Below, piece by piece: positions 1 through 9,534 of a stretch of 64,000 nt of DNA (positions within the stretch are counted from its first letter, which is position 1; every line of letters starts with the position of its first letter). The notes under the pieces are model-generated. The model had not been told where the DNA came from and ran no database searches. It worked only from the letters and a program-made list of their open reading frames with translations. The position numbers and the translations under genes are program-made. Source of the DNA: Patescibacteria group bacterium (lineage in GTDB: Bacteria; Patescibacteriota; WWE3; UBA101185; UBA10185); contig JBMORU010000001.1 in assembly GCA_049322215.1 (NCBI GenBank), positions 708,023 through 772,022 of the forward strand, given 5' to 3'.

Positions 1-459
1 CACGATGCCATCAACGAACTGGTACCCTGGACTCGCATGGTGACCCCGTTTAATCCTATGAGCATTGTGTTGCCAATTGCTATGCAGTGGAATTACGTTT
101 TAAAAACCTCATATGGATCTTCAGGTAACGAGGTTCACATGGGTCGAAAAACGTTTCCTCTGCTGTGGTGGATGCACATGCTCAAAAGCCTCGTGACTCA
201 CGATAGTGTAGTTCAAAAAATGGATACACATGGTGGTTACGATTGGCCAATTTACCATGACGGTGAATTCGGTATTCAACGGCGCATCACCGATGTGAAC
301 CCTCACATTTTTGGTGGAACTGCTCCCGGAACTGCCATCGTTCGTTTTGGTTCGCCAAAGGGGCACCCTATTAACGTAGGTAATAGTGACCCAAGGCAAC
401 GAGGTGGTGTGTCATTACCGGTTTCTTCGGGTACCGTAATTCGTGCATTGAGAAGTTAA
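1..459 (+). CDS. 3' fragment of a gene entering from upstream; hypothetical protein. Markedly more GC-rich (about 47%) than the rest of the window.
   Basis: The open frame continues from nt 1 with no start and stops at 457-459. An antisense ORF at 121..399 is typical of GC-rich coding sequence. No recognisable motif. Confidence 0.35.
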   Translation, partial: HDAINELVPWTRMVTPFNPMSIVLPIAMQWNYVLKTSYGSSGNEVHMGRKTFPLLWWMHMLKSLVTHDSVVQKMDTHGGYDWPIYHDGEFGIQRRITDVNPHIFGGTAPGTAIVRFGSPKGHPINVGNSDPRQRGGVSLPVSSGTVIRALRS

Positions 460-614
460 TTCTGGCGCGTAACAACGAGAGCGAAACAAATAGAGAGAGA
501 TTCCTCAAGTATCAAGTTAGTATTTAAATTTAATTTGGTACTTGAGCCTCTATTAAATTAGAAATGCTAAAATTTTTGTATTAAATTGAGTATTTCTGCT
601 TTAAGGGAGGAATT

Positions 615-1331
615 ATGAAAAAGCTTTTATTATTACAATTTAGAGATGATATCTCTAAAGATCACGAGGTTGCTTGTTTTAAACAAGTGCTTGGTGTAAC
701 AGATGAAGAGTTTAAACATATAAACACTATTACAGATGAAATATCTGAAACTCCAGAGGAGTTACTAAAAGACGTCAGTGCTGTGCTGCTTGGCGGATCA
801 GGTCAGTATGACTTATCAAAAAATCCTGAGCCAATAGTGAATGCCATAAAAAAAACTCAAAAATTATTTGACTATATTTTAGAAAACGATTTTCCAACTT
901 TAGGTGTTTGTTTTGGACATCAGTTTATTGCAAGTAAGCTTGGGTCTATGGTGGAATCAGTTAAAAGTATGAGTGAAGCTGGTAATGCTAAGGTTGAACT
1001 AACTGAAGAAGGTAAAAACGACAAGCTATTTGGCGAGCTGCCTGAGGTATATACCGTAACTACAGGGCACAAAGAAAGCGTAATGTCGCTCCCTGAAGGT
1101 ACAGTTTTACTAGCAACTAACGAAACGTGCCCTATACAGGCATATAAATACAAAGAAAACATTTACTGCATGCAGTATCACCCTGAGTTAAATAAGGAAA
1201 GCGTGCTTTACAGATTACAAATGTACCCTGAGTACATTGAAGGCGGTAAAGCTGAAAACAGTTTACCCGAACTACAAGACACTTCTGACGCATCAAAGGT
1301 ACTTGTTTTGTTTAAACAAAGTTATCTTTAA
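615..1331 (+). CDS. Class I (triad) glutamine amidotransferase domain protein
   Basis: RBS AGGGAGG precedes ATG 615. The GVCFGHQ nucleophile-Cys motif and a downstream YHPE His/Glu motif are typical of GATase1. Confidence 0.65.
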   Translation: MKKLLLLQFRDDISKDHEVACFKQVLGVTDEEFKHINTITDEISETPEELLKDVSAVLLGGSGQYDLSKNPEPIVNAIKKTQKLFDYILENDFPTLGVCFGHQFIASKLGSMVESVKSMSEAGNAKVELTEEGKNDKLFGELPEVYTVTTGHKESVMSLPEGTVLLATNETCPIQAYKYKENIYCMQYHPELNKESVLYRLQMYPEYIEGGKAENSLPELQDTSDASKVLVLFKQSYL

Positions 1332-1361
1332 GAAGTGTAAAAGTTTAGAAATGGTGGGCTC

Positions 1362-2171
1362 TTACGAGCCCACTATTTCGTCACCAACACTTAAGTTTAA
1401 TATTTTACTACCGTTTTCTCGCTGAACACCTATTTCAATAAACCTTTTATCTTTTATACCCGAACTTCCTGTAAATATTCCTGTTTCCCCATGCGGAACA
1501 TCTTTTAGTCTTTCGTAGAGCTTAATTTTTCCAAGCTTAGTGTTTACGTACCCTTGCACTATTTCTAGTTCTTCAGGCAGTAAAGTTGTTTTGCAATTAC
1601 CAAATGAGTCAATATACCAAACACAACTAGGTACAGTGGCGATTTCATTTATAGAAACTTCTTTGCTAGGAATTTCTATACCTTCATGCACCCATTTTGC
1701 TAGTTTTGGCAAATATTCGTAACTTCTAAATTGTGTATTTTCTATGTAGTCTGCTGTTTCTTTATTAACTAGCCCTTCCGAACTAGCAAATGCCATTACT
1801 GTAGGAATATCAGTTAAATTAACATGCTGAATTAAGTTAAGCTTTTTAATTAAAGACAGGGTTAGTCCTTCGTATGTGCTTACAACTAGTGTTTTTTCGT
1901 ACTTAAAAAAACAAAATGGGGTTCCGTTTAACCACTTTTTTTGTGTCCCTCCTCGTGGGGCTACGTTAACTGCCACTATACCTTCTTTGCCTTCTCCCGC
2001 ATCTAAAACATCTATTAAATTTCCTGCAGCCTCTAATTCAGCAACTGAAGAATTAAGAAACGAACTTACTCCTACAGTATTTACAGTACAACTAAATAAA
2101 GATGCAAACCTTGTAGTTTGCCGTCCAAAATCGTTTTCACTTTTACAATCAGTAATAATTGTTATAAACAT
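1362..2171 (-). CDS. SAM hydroxide adenosyltransferase-like protein (DUF62, fluorinase/chlorinase SalL/FlA family)
   Basis: The N-terminus ITIITDCKSENDFG resembles the (I/L)TDFG..D signature of PF01887. Two-domain length of about 270 aa. Confidence 0.45.
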   Translation of the reverse strand: MFITIITDCKSENDFGRQTTRFASLFSCTVNTVGVSSFLNSSVAELEAAGNLIDVLDAGEGKEGIVAVNVAPRGGTQKKWLNGTPFCFFKYEKTLVVSTYEGLTLSLIKKLNLIQHVNLTDIPTVMAFASSEGLVNKETADYIENTQFRSYEYLPKLAKWVHEGIEIPSKEVSINEIATVPSCVWYIDSFGNCKTTLLPEELEIVQGYVNTKLGKIKLYERLKDVPHGETGIFTGSSGIKDKRFIEIGVQRENGSKILNLSVGDEIVGS

Positions 2172-2375
2172 ATTTTCCTAAAAAATTAGTAATTATAGGT
2201 ATTAAATTTTGTGTTAAGAAATTTGCCCGCTAAGGGGCATCATGGTAGGCATCATTGAAAAAATAGAGGTATTCATATGTGTAGCCTTTGTTTTGTCCAC
2301 GTTGAAATACTATAATATCAATGTTTATGAGTCAACTATAGTGTTATACTTAATAGCAATATTTAATTAAGGTAT

Positions 2376-2915
2376 ATGTTTATGAAAAACATGATTGTTC
2401 CTTTAGTTTTGGTTATCGCTGTAATAGGCGGTGTTTTATTTTTAAATTTTAATTCTGCTGAAGATTCCACAATAATAGAGCCCGTACCCTCAGCATTTCA
2501 AGTAGTTACAGAAGAAGAACCAATCACGGCAGCTGCAATTCCAGTTGAAGAAACAAACGCCGACTCTACGGAAAGTTCCAAAATCTCACTTACAGCAAAA
2601 AAGCCCGGTAGATATATAGACTACACTGCTACCTCTGTTACTGAAGCCGCTGAAAACAAAGGAAAAGCTGTATTGTTTTTTCATGCTGCTTGGTGCCCAA
2701 CATGTAAAGCAGCAGAAGAGGATATTTTGGCAAATGCAGATAAAATTCCGTCCGATTTAACAATAATTAAAACTGACTACGACACCGAAATAGAATTAAG
2801 AAAAAAATACGGAATAACTATTCAGCATACCTTTGTACAAGTTGATTCAGAGGGAAATCAAATATCTAAATGGGTAGGTGGAAACTTTTCTGAAATAGTA
2901 GAGAATATTGAATAA
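2376..2915 (+). CDS. Membrane-anchored thioredoxin-like protein (TlpA/thioredoxin fold, CxxC)
   Basis: N-terminal TM helix followed by a WCPTC active-site motif (AAWCPTCKA). Confidence 0.65.
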   Translation: MFMKNMIVPLVLVIAVIGGVLFLNFNSAEDSTIIEPVPSAFQVVTEEEPITAAAIPVEETNADSTESSKISLTAKKPGRYIDYTATSVTEAAENKGKAVLFFHAAWCPTCKAAEEDILANADKIPSDLTIIKTDYDTEIELRKKYGITIQHTFVQVDSEGNQISKWVGGNFSEIVENIE

Positions 2916-2946
2916 TCTAGTTTAAATCTAGTACAATAAAAGCACT

Positions 2947-4260
2947 ATGAATCCCGAAGATACTCAGCAGGTTTCTATGCCGTCTGAACCACAGCAAGCA
3001 CAAGTACCGGTACAGCCCCAACAAGTACCTCAGGAATTTAAACCTCCTGAAAAGGGAAAAGGGGATGCTAAGCCCGTGAAAAAAAAGAAGAAGCCTTTGT
3101 TATTTATACTTATTCTCACTTTTTTAGTTTTTTTACTTGGCGGAGGGTATTACATTTATAGCACTTACGGTGGTTTTTCTATTCAGCCTCCAGTTGTTGA
3201 ACCAGAGCCCGAACCTGAGCCTGAGCCCACTCCTCAACCACAACCCGAACCTGAGCCTGAACCCGAAACTCAAGTGTATACAAATACTGAATTTGAGTTT
3301 CGTTTCGAATATCCTTTAAACGCTTCCTACGGAGAGCAAAATCCTTTTAGCAATGATCCATCTTACTTTTTTGTAGCGCATGCTGGAGAAAGGCAAGAGT
3401 CCGAAATTTTATCAGAAAAGGATATAGTAGATGGTTATATGTTTAAGATTGTAGTTCATAAAGATGTTTTAAACACAGACTTAAATAAATTCATTAGCGA
3501 CAAACGCAAGTTGTTTGCTGTAAATTGCTATACCTACACAGAAATATCAGATGTTTTTGATGCGACCCTTTCTACAGCTTTTGGTAAAACTTTTAATGTT
3601 ATAAATTGTGACCAAGATTACATAGAAACTATAGTTTTACGTGATGATTTTATATTCGAAATTGTTCAAGTTTACAGAGGCGACTTGGGTTTCAAACAAA
3701 AATATAAAAGTATAACCGACGAAATATACTCAAGTTTTGTTTTCACAAACACACTAAAACCCACACCAGTAGATTCTTGGAGTACATATCAAGCAAGCGA
3801 TGCTCGCCTAACATTTAAATATCCTCAATTATTAAGCCAAACTTGTTGTACAGTTTCGGGGCCAGTATTAGGAAAATCAACAAAACTAGTAGTTTTTGGT
3901 GATGCAGAAGGTAAAAGTCAAAGTGTAGAAACATCGTTTAACGGTTTTGGTGTATACAATGTAATGAATGAAAATAGAATTCCTTTTGAAGATTACGTTG
4001 AAGAACAAAAGCAGGCACTAATTGAAAACTACAGAGTAGTTATTGGGAGAAATCCAACAACAACAGAAGAAATGATAACTATAGACGGCCAAGAAGCTTA
4101 CTTATTAAAAGGGTATGCTTGGTGGGGCGATGTGGTTTTTGTGCAAGTCCCTGAGTCTAATAGAATAGCTGTATTTTCAATGACAGAAGTATCCCCAGGA
4201 GAATTTGAAAGTGTATTTAGAGAAATTTTAAGCACCGTTGAATTTATAAGACTTCCTTAA
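2947..4260 (+). CDS. Hypothetical membrane-anchored protein with a Pro/Gln-rich cytoplasmic tail and a (PE)n/(PQ)n linker
   Basis: Single TM (LLFILILTFLVFLLGGGYYIY), then PEPEPEPEPTPQPQPEPEPEPE, then a globular domain of about 330 aa. Confidence 0.5.
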   Translation: MNPEDTQQVSMPSEPQQAQVPVQPQQVPQEFKPPEKGKGDAKPVKKKKKPLLFILILTFLVFLLGGGYYIYSTYGGFSIQPPVVEPEPEPEPEPTPQPQPEPEPEPETQVYTNTEFEFRFEYPLNASYGEQNPFSNDPSYFFVAHAGERQESEILSEKDIVDGYMFKIVVHKDVLNTDLNKFISDKRKLFAVNCYTYTEISDVFDATLSTAFGKTFNVINCDQDYIETIVLRDDFIFEIVQVYRGDLGFKQKYKSITDEIYSSFVFTNTLKPTPVDSWSTYQASDARLTFKYPQLLSQTCCTVSGPVLGKSTKLVVFGDAEGKSQSVETSFNGFGVYNVMNENRIPFEDYVEEQKQALIENYRVVIGRNPTTTEEMITIDGQEAYLLKGYAWWGDVVFVQVPESNRIAVFSMTEVSPGEFESVFREILSTVEFIRLP

Positions 4261-4347
4261 TAACCCATAGCCAATATTTTATATAAATGATAGAATTCAC
4301 TTAGTTTATCCGTAACTGAATGTCCAAATAGATAAAAGGAGATACAA

Positions 4348-4893
4348 ATGACACTTCGACAGGTATACGGTTTATTGTTTTTGATTTTAGCTGCAATCAT
4401 GCTTTTTGTCCCCGAAAGAACTCTTCAAAAATTTTCGGTGGACTTCAACACTATTCCTGCATGGATTCGTGTTGGGCTATTTGTAGTTGGAATCAGTATT
4501 CTTTTTGCGTCCGTCAATTTATGGACGAGCTGGGAAACACCTTTTTTAGAAACAAATGGTGTGGTGACCAGCAAGTTGTTAGGAAATTCGCTTAGGTTGC
4601 ACCCCCTGGCTGCCGGCGCATACATGATTGGCTTCTGGCTTTTGATTCCAGTAGCCTACAGTGTTGGAGGTACAGGTTTGGCTGCTGTTGCATGGGTAGC
4701 GGTAGGACCAATTTTCGAGATTCTTCAGGCAGTATTAGTTACAATCAAGGCCTTTGGGATTGGAATTTTTATTCAAAACCCCAGCTTTGGTTTACTACTG
4801 CTAGGAATTATCTTGAGTATTGTGGCCTTGTCCTACCTTACTGATCAGCTTTTCACCCGTGCTGAAGCTGCCTTAGCAACCGGCGGATCTTAG
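4348..4893 (+). CDS. Hypothetical polytopic membrane protein
   Basis: RBS AAAGGAG. Four to five hydrophobic helices. Confidence 0.5.
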   Translation: MTLRQVYGLLFLILAAIMLFVPERTLQKFSVDFNTIPAWIRVGLFVVGISILFASVNLWTSWETPFLETNGVVTSKLLGNSLRLHPLAAGAYMIGFWLLIPVAYSVGGTGLAAVAWVAVGPIFEILQAVLVTIKAFGIGIFIQNPSFGLLLLGIILSIVALSYLTDQLFTRAEAALATGGS

Positions 4894-5003
4894 TAGGAGT
4901 CACCGTATACACTGTTTTTTATAGTGTTTGCGGTGTCTCCTTTTTTTTTCAAAAAAAGAGGGCATAACTATGTTTGGTTTTTTTCCGAAACATAGTTATA
5001 CCC
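4894..5003. terminator. Two tandem hairpins with T/A runs between convergent genes (bidirectional intrinsic terminators)
   Basis: First hairpin: GGAGTCACCG...CGGTGTCTCC followed by T9. Second hairpin: ATAACTATGTTT-loop-AAACATAGTTAT, a perfect 12-bp stem. Confidence 0.6.
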
Positions 5004-5039
5004 AGTTGTATTTAAGAGCCTATAAATAAATTACCAATA

Positions 5040-5837
5040 CTAGCACTTGGAAGGATCTCCTAACGAGCCATCGCCTGTGAACCCTGACTTGTGATATCCA
5101 TCGTCGAAGCCAGAAAGACCAAAACCTTCCATATAAAAAAACAGATCTCCAACACCAGGACCAGCCAACACCTTAATAGCAATAACTGGTTCGGGGTTTA
5201 TAACACCTGTACAAAACTCAAATGTACCAGATGCATAGTACTTTTGCAGTTCTAGTCTGTTTCTTTTTCCAGCGGCATTTGGACTTTCATATTCTTCTCT
5301 GATTTCAGAATTTTTAAGGTCACAATATTTATATTCTCCACTACGGCGCAGTGTTGCTTCATTAATTGTAACTACCTGATGATATTGAGTGTACCAGGTA
5401 GCTCCAACAGCTTTGTAGTAAGAGTCTATCCACATTGCTCCATCTAACGGCACGTTATTTCCTTCAGTGTAAGTTACCCATTCCCAATCACCTCTAACAG
5501 GATCAAGAGTATAGGCTGCAGGTTCTCCATTTGAGCATTGAACGTTTCCATAAACTGGATACGGCGCCCAAGAAGTATCTGCACGTCGTCTTATTTGTCC
5601 TGCCTGCAAAATGAATTCTTCCCAGTTGCTTCCCTTCCACATACGAATTTCACCATTGGGTCCTGAGCTAAATTGAATTAGTTCCTGTCCCGTGGTGCCA
5701 TTGATGTAGTGAGTTTTTCCATTGACAATGAAATCTCGCAAATCAACAGAATATGCGGCCTTAGCGGAATTAACCGTTAACAAAACACTTGCCAGTAAAA
5801 ACAATAAAACGATCGGTAAGCTTACCTTATACTTCAT
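5040..5837 (-). CDS. Secreted hypothetical protein (cleavable signal peptide)
   Basis: RBS AAGGAGATAA precedes ATG. N-terminus MKYKVSLPIVLLFLLASVLLTVNSAKA. Confidence 0.5.
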   Translation of the reverse strand: MKYKVSLPIVLLFLLASVLLTVNSAKAAYSVDLRDFIVNGKTHYINGTTGQELIQFSSGPNGEIRMWKGSNWEEFILQAGQIRRRADTSWAPYPVYGNVQCSNGEPAAYTLDPVRGDWEWVTYTEGNNVPLDGAMWIDSYYKAVGATWYTQYHQVVTINEATLRRSGEYKYCDLKNSEIREEYESPNAAGKRNRLELQKYYASGTFEFCTGVINPEPVIAIKVLAGPGVGDLFFYMEGFGLSGFDDGYHKSGFTGDGSLGDPSKC

Positions 5838-6023
5838 AGCTAGTTATCTCCTTATTTAGCTGGTTTATAGCTCTACTTATATTATAACCTATAGTAAGTA
5901 GTGTTTGCAATGAATATGTAACTATAATTAAAAGAGGGATATTGTCTGTAGGCTTATAGTTTGAATAATTACCAATTATTTCATATAATTGTACCCTTAG
6001 AACAAATAAAAGGAGATAAATAA

Positions 6024-6566
6024 ATGGACGAAAATAGTAGACTTAAATCACTAGAGAAGAATTCAAACGTAAATCAAGCTGCCGAGGCAAAGTGGTTTAA
6101 CTTTGGATTTGGGGTTTTAGTAGCAATTGCACTTAACGTTTGGCTTATTGGCTGGGCGTTTAAATACTCTGGGAACCCGCTAGTTGTATTTGCCCTAGTG
6201 CCTGGCTTTTTAGCTTGTATAGCTGTTTGGCATCAAAAAGGCCCTCAGGTTTGGGGAAGTATTTTGGTGCAAGCTGTAGGTTACCATTCAATCTATGTCG
6301 CGGTTAAGACTTCTGAGCAAGAAATTGCGTTGTGGGCAATTTTTTATGTGGTTGCCTTAATGTTGCTCATACGTTACAGCCCGGTAGATTTTGACGCAAT
6401 GGAACCTTTTGGGGTTGCAATTGTAGCCTCAATTTTGATTGGCCTGGTAACGTACGGTATTCAAAAAACATATGAACCTAAGTTGATTCATGGAATATTG
6501 CTTATTTCCGTGCTTACAGGTTTGTGGGATTTTCGGAAACAAGTTTTGGAGTTTTGGAAGAGTTGA
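6024..6566 (+). CDS. Hypothetical membrane protein
   Basis: RBS AAAGGAG. Four to five TM helices. Confidence 0.5.
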   Translation: MDENSRLKSLEKNSNVNQAAEAKWFNFGFGVLVAIALNVWLIGWAFKYSGNPLVVFALVPGFLACIAVWHQKGPQVWGSILVQAVGYHSIYVAVKTSEQEIALWAIFYVVALMLLIRYSPVDFDAMEPFGVAIVASILIGLVTYGIQKTYEPKLIHGILLISVLTGLWDFRKQVLEFWKS

Positions 6567-6571
6567 TTAAA

Positions 6572-6617
6572 TTAGCAAATCGTTTTTGATTGTATTTTCA
6601 AAAAACGATTTGCTAAT
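6572..6617. terminator. Perfect 16-bp inverted repeat between convergent genes (bidirectional terminator)
   Basis: TTAGCAAATCGTTTTT-N12-AAAAACGATTTGCTAA. Confidence 0.6.
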
Positions 6618-6625
6618 CCTATTTG

Positions 6626-6979
6626 TTAGGCAAGTGCCCAGGCTGCAATTTCTTCTGCTTTTTTGTTGATTTTAGTCGCAGTATTAAGTTTACCCGTGTG
6701 CACAACCCATCTGTTACCTTTTTTTCCTCCACGCGGAAGATTTTCAGTATAAGCATCGGTTGCAAATACTGCTCCTGGATCAGTTGGGCTGTTTTGTACT
6801 GCAAACAACCTTACGGTGTCGCTTTTCCCAACAATTTTTGTACCAATACCTTGCTTACGTAGCATTTCAACAATAGTAATGGCCAGTAACGGAGTTTCGT
6901 TTGTTACAACTACATGCACAATTTTTTGGTTGCGCAGCTTTTTTTCTCGCTCTAATAGCTTTTCATATGGAATCGCCAT
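6626..6979 (-). CDS. Hypothetical protein
   Basis: ORF reading into the ORF below. No motif recognised. Confidence 0.4.
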   Translation of the reverse strand: MAIPYEKLLEREKKLRNQKIVHVVVTNETPLLAITIVEMLRKQGIGTKIVGKSDTVRLFAVQNSPTDPGAVFATDAYTENLPRGGKKGNRWVVHTGKLNTATKINKKAEEIAAWALA

Positions 6980-6989
6980 GGTTTGCTCC

Positions 6990-7253
6990 TTATTTTTTGC
7001 TCTCTTCGTCTAAGCAGGCAATTGCTTTTTTGTTGTCAGCATACACACGTACAATCAGGCGTCTTGATGCCAGTTTTCCCTTTCGGTGGTGCATTACGTA
7101 AACAACGTCTCTGTACTTTCTGCCAGTGCCTTCTTCAATTTTTAAACCAAAGCAGTTTTCTTTGCCTTGACGCCATTGACGGCCGTACTTTTCTTGTCTA
7201 ACAACTCGTGCAAATTCGATTGCCTGTTTTTGTGACAATTGTAATTCGTTCAT
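6990..7253 (-). CDS. Hypothetical small basic protein
   Basis: ORF. Lys/Arg-rich. No motif recognised. Confidence 0.4.
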   Translation of the reverse strand: MNELQLSQKQAIEFARVVRQEKYGRQWRQGKENCFGLKIEEGTGRKYRDVVYVMHHRKGKLASRRLIVRVYADNKKAIACLDEESKK

Positions 7254-7359
7254 GTTTACACTCCTTTATCTTATTTGTAGTTTAGAAATTATAGCTTTAT
7301 ATCGAAATATTGCAACTATAGGTTTTGGTGTATAATTATATTATAGGTTAAAAAATCTA

Positions 7360-8388
7360 GTGAATAATGATAAGTCGAAAACAGGAGATAACATGTTAAA
7401 TCGTGGTGCATTAACCTTTCTGATTATCGTTTTGATGATCGGCTCTGCCTTGATGTTTCGCCCGGCAACTGCTAAAGAAGATGGGGATAGTTACACTTAT
7501 CTCCCGCTTGTTATTGGTGGAAGTGATGCTACTCCAGCGCCTCCCCCAGAGCCAATTGCAGTACCAAATGGTCTTGCCTTTATTGAAGGGAATAGTGTTA
7601 CAGGCTTTTTCGAAAATAACCAAATTGAAGAAGTTTCATTAGCCACCTTCAATGATGCAACAGTTTGTGCAGGCATCTTGTGGATTGCAGATAACAATGG
7701 TATTGGATATGTAACAGCCCAAGGGGTTAGTTACGTATCTAATGTTGTAACCACTGTTATAGCTTCCCACCAAAAAACAGATACTTGCTACATAACCCTT
7801 GTCGATTCAAACTTACGTCTTGTAGTTTACAGTATTTCTGACTTGACGCTTACTGAAGAATGGTCGCAAGCTTTATTGTCAAATATGAATCCGTTAATTG
7901 ATATTGAGCTTGTTGCTCTCGATGAAGTTTACGTTTCTTCGGCTTTGGGAATTAGCAAAGTGCAACCACAGATGCACCAGTTTTATTCGCCAATCGGTGA
8001 TGTGGTTGACTTTGAAGTAAGCGCAAATTATGTAGTATTTGTCAGCGATGCGGGAGTACCAGAAATTTACGTAATTTCCCGAGATCCCTGGCAAGAAGTG
8101 GGTAGAAGTGAAAATACATTTGGGTTTTTAACAAAGCTCAATGGTATTGCAGTTTCTTCCGACGAAAGCGAAATATTAGTAACTGTTTCAACCTTTACGC
8201 AACAGTTTAGTGTTGAAAGTTACGATTTTGGTTTTATGCAAATATGTGCTGAAACGTATCAAGCTGACTCGGCAACTTACTTTAACGGTAATTTCTATGT
8301 AGGAGATGAAGGGCTTTCAACGGTTCAAAACTGTCAAATTACAAACAGTTGGCCAACCACAGAAGTCATAACAAACTTCATCAAATAG
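7360..8388 (+). CDS. Secreted or membrane-anchored hypothetical protein
   Basis: N-terminal TM/signal (ALTFLIIVLMIGSALMF) then a Pro-rich segment. Confidence 0.5.
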   Translation: MNNDKSKTGDNMLNRGALTFLIIVLMIGSALMFRPATAKEDGDSYTYLPLVIGGSDATPAPPPEPIAVPNGLAFIEGNSVTGFFENNQIEEVSLATFNDATVCAGILWIADNNGIGYVTAQGVSYVSNVVTTVIASHQKTDTCYITLVDSNLRLVVYSISDLTLTEEWSQALLSNMNPLIDIELVALDEVYVSSALGISKVQPQMHQFYSPIGDVVDFEVSANYVVFVSDAGVPEIYVISRDPWQEVGRSENTFGFLTKLNGIAVSSDESEILVTVSTFTQQFSVESYDFGFMQICAETYQADSATYFNGNFYVGDEGLSTVQNCQITNSWPTTEVITNFIK

Positions 8389-8393
8389 CATTT

Positions 8394-8443
8394 ATCCCTC
8401 GGTTTAGAATATGCACGCATATCTAAATCGGGGGATTTTTTTT
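8394..8443 (+). terminator. Intrinsic terminator
   Basis: Imperfect hairpin (about 17 bp) followed by T8, directly after stop codon 8386-8388. Confidence 0.55.
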
Positions 8444-8510
8444 ACCTATGCAAGTAACTTAGATGCAAACTGCATAAGAGCCGCATCGTTCATTTTATTT
8501 ATATGGTTTT

Positions 8511-9425
8511 ATGTATAATTTAACTATGGATGCTGCTGTACTTGAAATGGAAAGGATCAATCAAAATGAAGATGCGCCTATAACTGAAATAGGCGATAGA
8601 GAGGCGCGTTTTGAGATAAATAAAGTTGGTAACTTATGTGCCTCTGATAATCCAGAACTAGAACTGCGTGATGCAATAACCCCTTTAAGGCATGCTTATG
8701 TTGATTTATTTAAATCTAATATGGCATTTGAAAAGCTTTACGATAAAGACGACACATTGGCTAGAAGTACTGATGGAATAAATTTACTGATTAACGAAAT
8801 GCCTCCAGGTATGGAACAAGAAGAAATTATGCTCACAGAAGCTCGCACATTAGTGCAAAGTGTTTTAGATGCTCGGGATAACTTTAAAGAAAACCGCTTT
8901 AATTGGCAAAACAGCATTACTCCCACAATGCGCTTAACTACAGATGCAGAGGAACATGTAGCAATAGCATATAGAGGTATGTTTCCCAGTGGGGAATTTG
9001 TAGAAAAGAGCGATTTAGCAACGCAAATAGATGAACTAGATATTTACACCAATGGTGTAGCACATGAATTTGAATCTAGTTACTATTCTGTAAGACAGCA
9101 AACAGTAAGGGGGAGTCAGTCTATATCATATTTAGAAAGTATGCGTGCTACTGGAGAAAATAGTAAAAATAAATTAGATCTTGCTCTTGAACAGTTGGAA
9201 ATTGTAGAACATACATATAGAAATCGTGCATATGAAGAAGAGGAACTTTCTGTAAGAAGGCTTCGGCTTGATTTAGAAGAACTTCGTTTGGAGATGAGTA
9301 GGGGGCTGCTTGATATAGAAGACAAAGAAGTAAACTTTGTGGCAAAAGGTTCTCAGGCTACAGATAGGCTGATTGATGCTTCTTCTAAGTATGAGGCACT
9401 TAATAGTAATGTTGCTAAAGTGTAG
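8511..9425 (+). CDS. Hypothetical acidic cytoplasmic protein
   Basis: ORF only. Confidence 0.4.
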   Translation: MYNLTMDAAVLEMERINQNEDAPITEIGDREARFEINKVGNLCASDNPELELRDAITPLRHAYVDLFKSNMAFEKLYDKDDTLARSTDGINLLINEMPPGMEQEEIMLTEARTLVQSVLDARDNFKENRFNWQNSITPTMRLTTDAEEHVAIAYRGMFPSGEFVEKSDLATQIDELDIYTNGVAHEFESSYYSVRQQTVRGSQSISYLESMRATGENSKNKLDLALEQLEIVEHTYRNRAYEEEELSVRRLRLDLEELRLEMSRGLLDIEDKEVNFVAKGSQATDRLIDASSKYEALNSNVAKV

Positions 9426-9534
9426 AGCTAAGCTTAGGATTGGTTATCCTATGGAGATTTGTTTGACCACTTTTAGCTTACTTTTTTAGGAACTATACTA
9501 TGTAATGCCTCCTGATTAGTTTATACTTTAATAT

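Noticed and set aside
121-399. 92-aa minus-strand ORF at the window start
   Set aside because: It is an antisense shadow of the GC-rich plus-strand frame that is open from nt 1.
3185-3275. Short tandem repeats (GAACCAGAGCCC-like units) considered as a CRISPR or minisatellite
   Set aside because: They are in frame and encode the PEPEPE/PQPQ linker of a membrane protein. There are no spacers and no cas genes.
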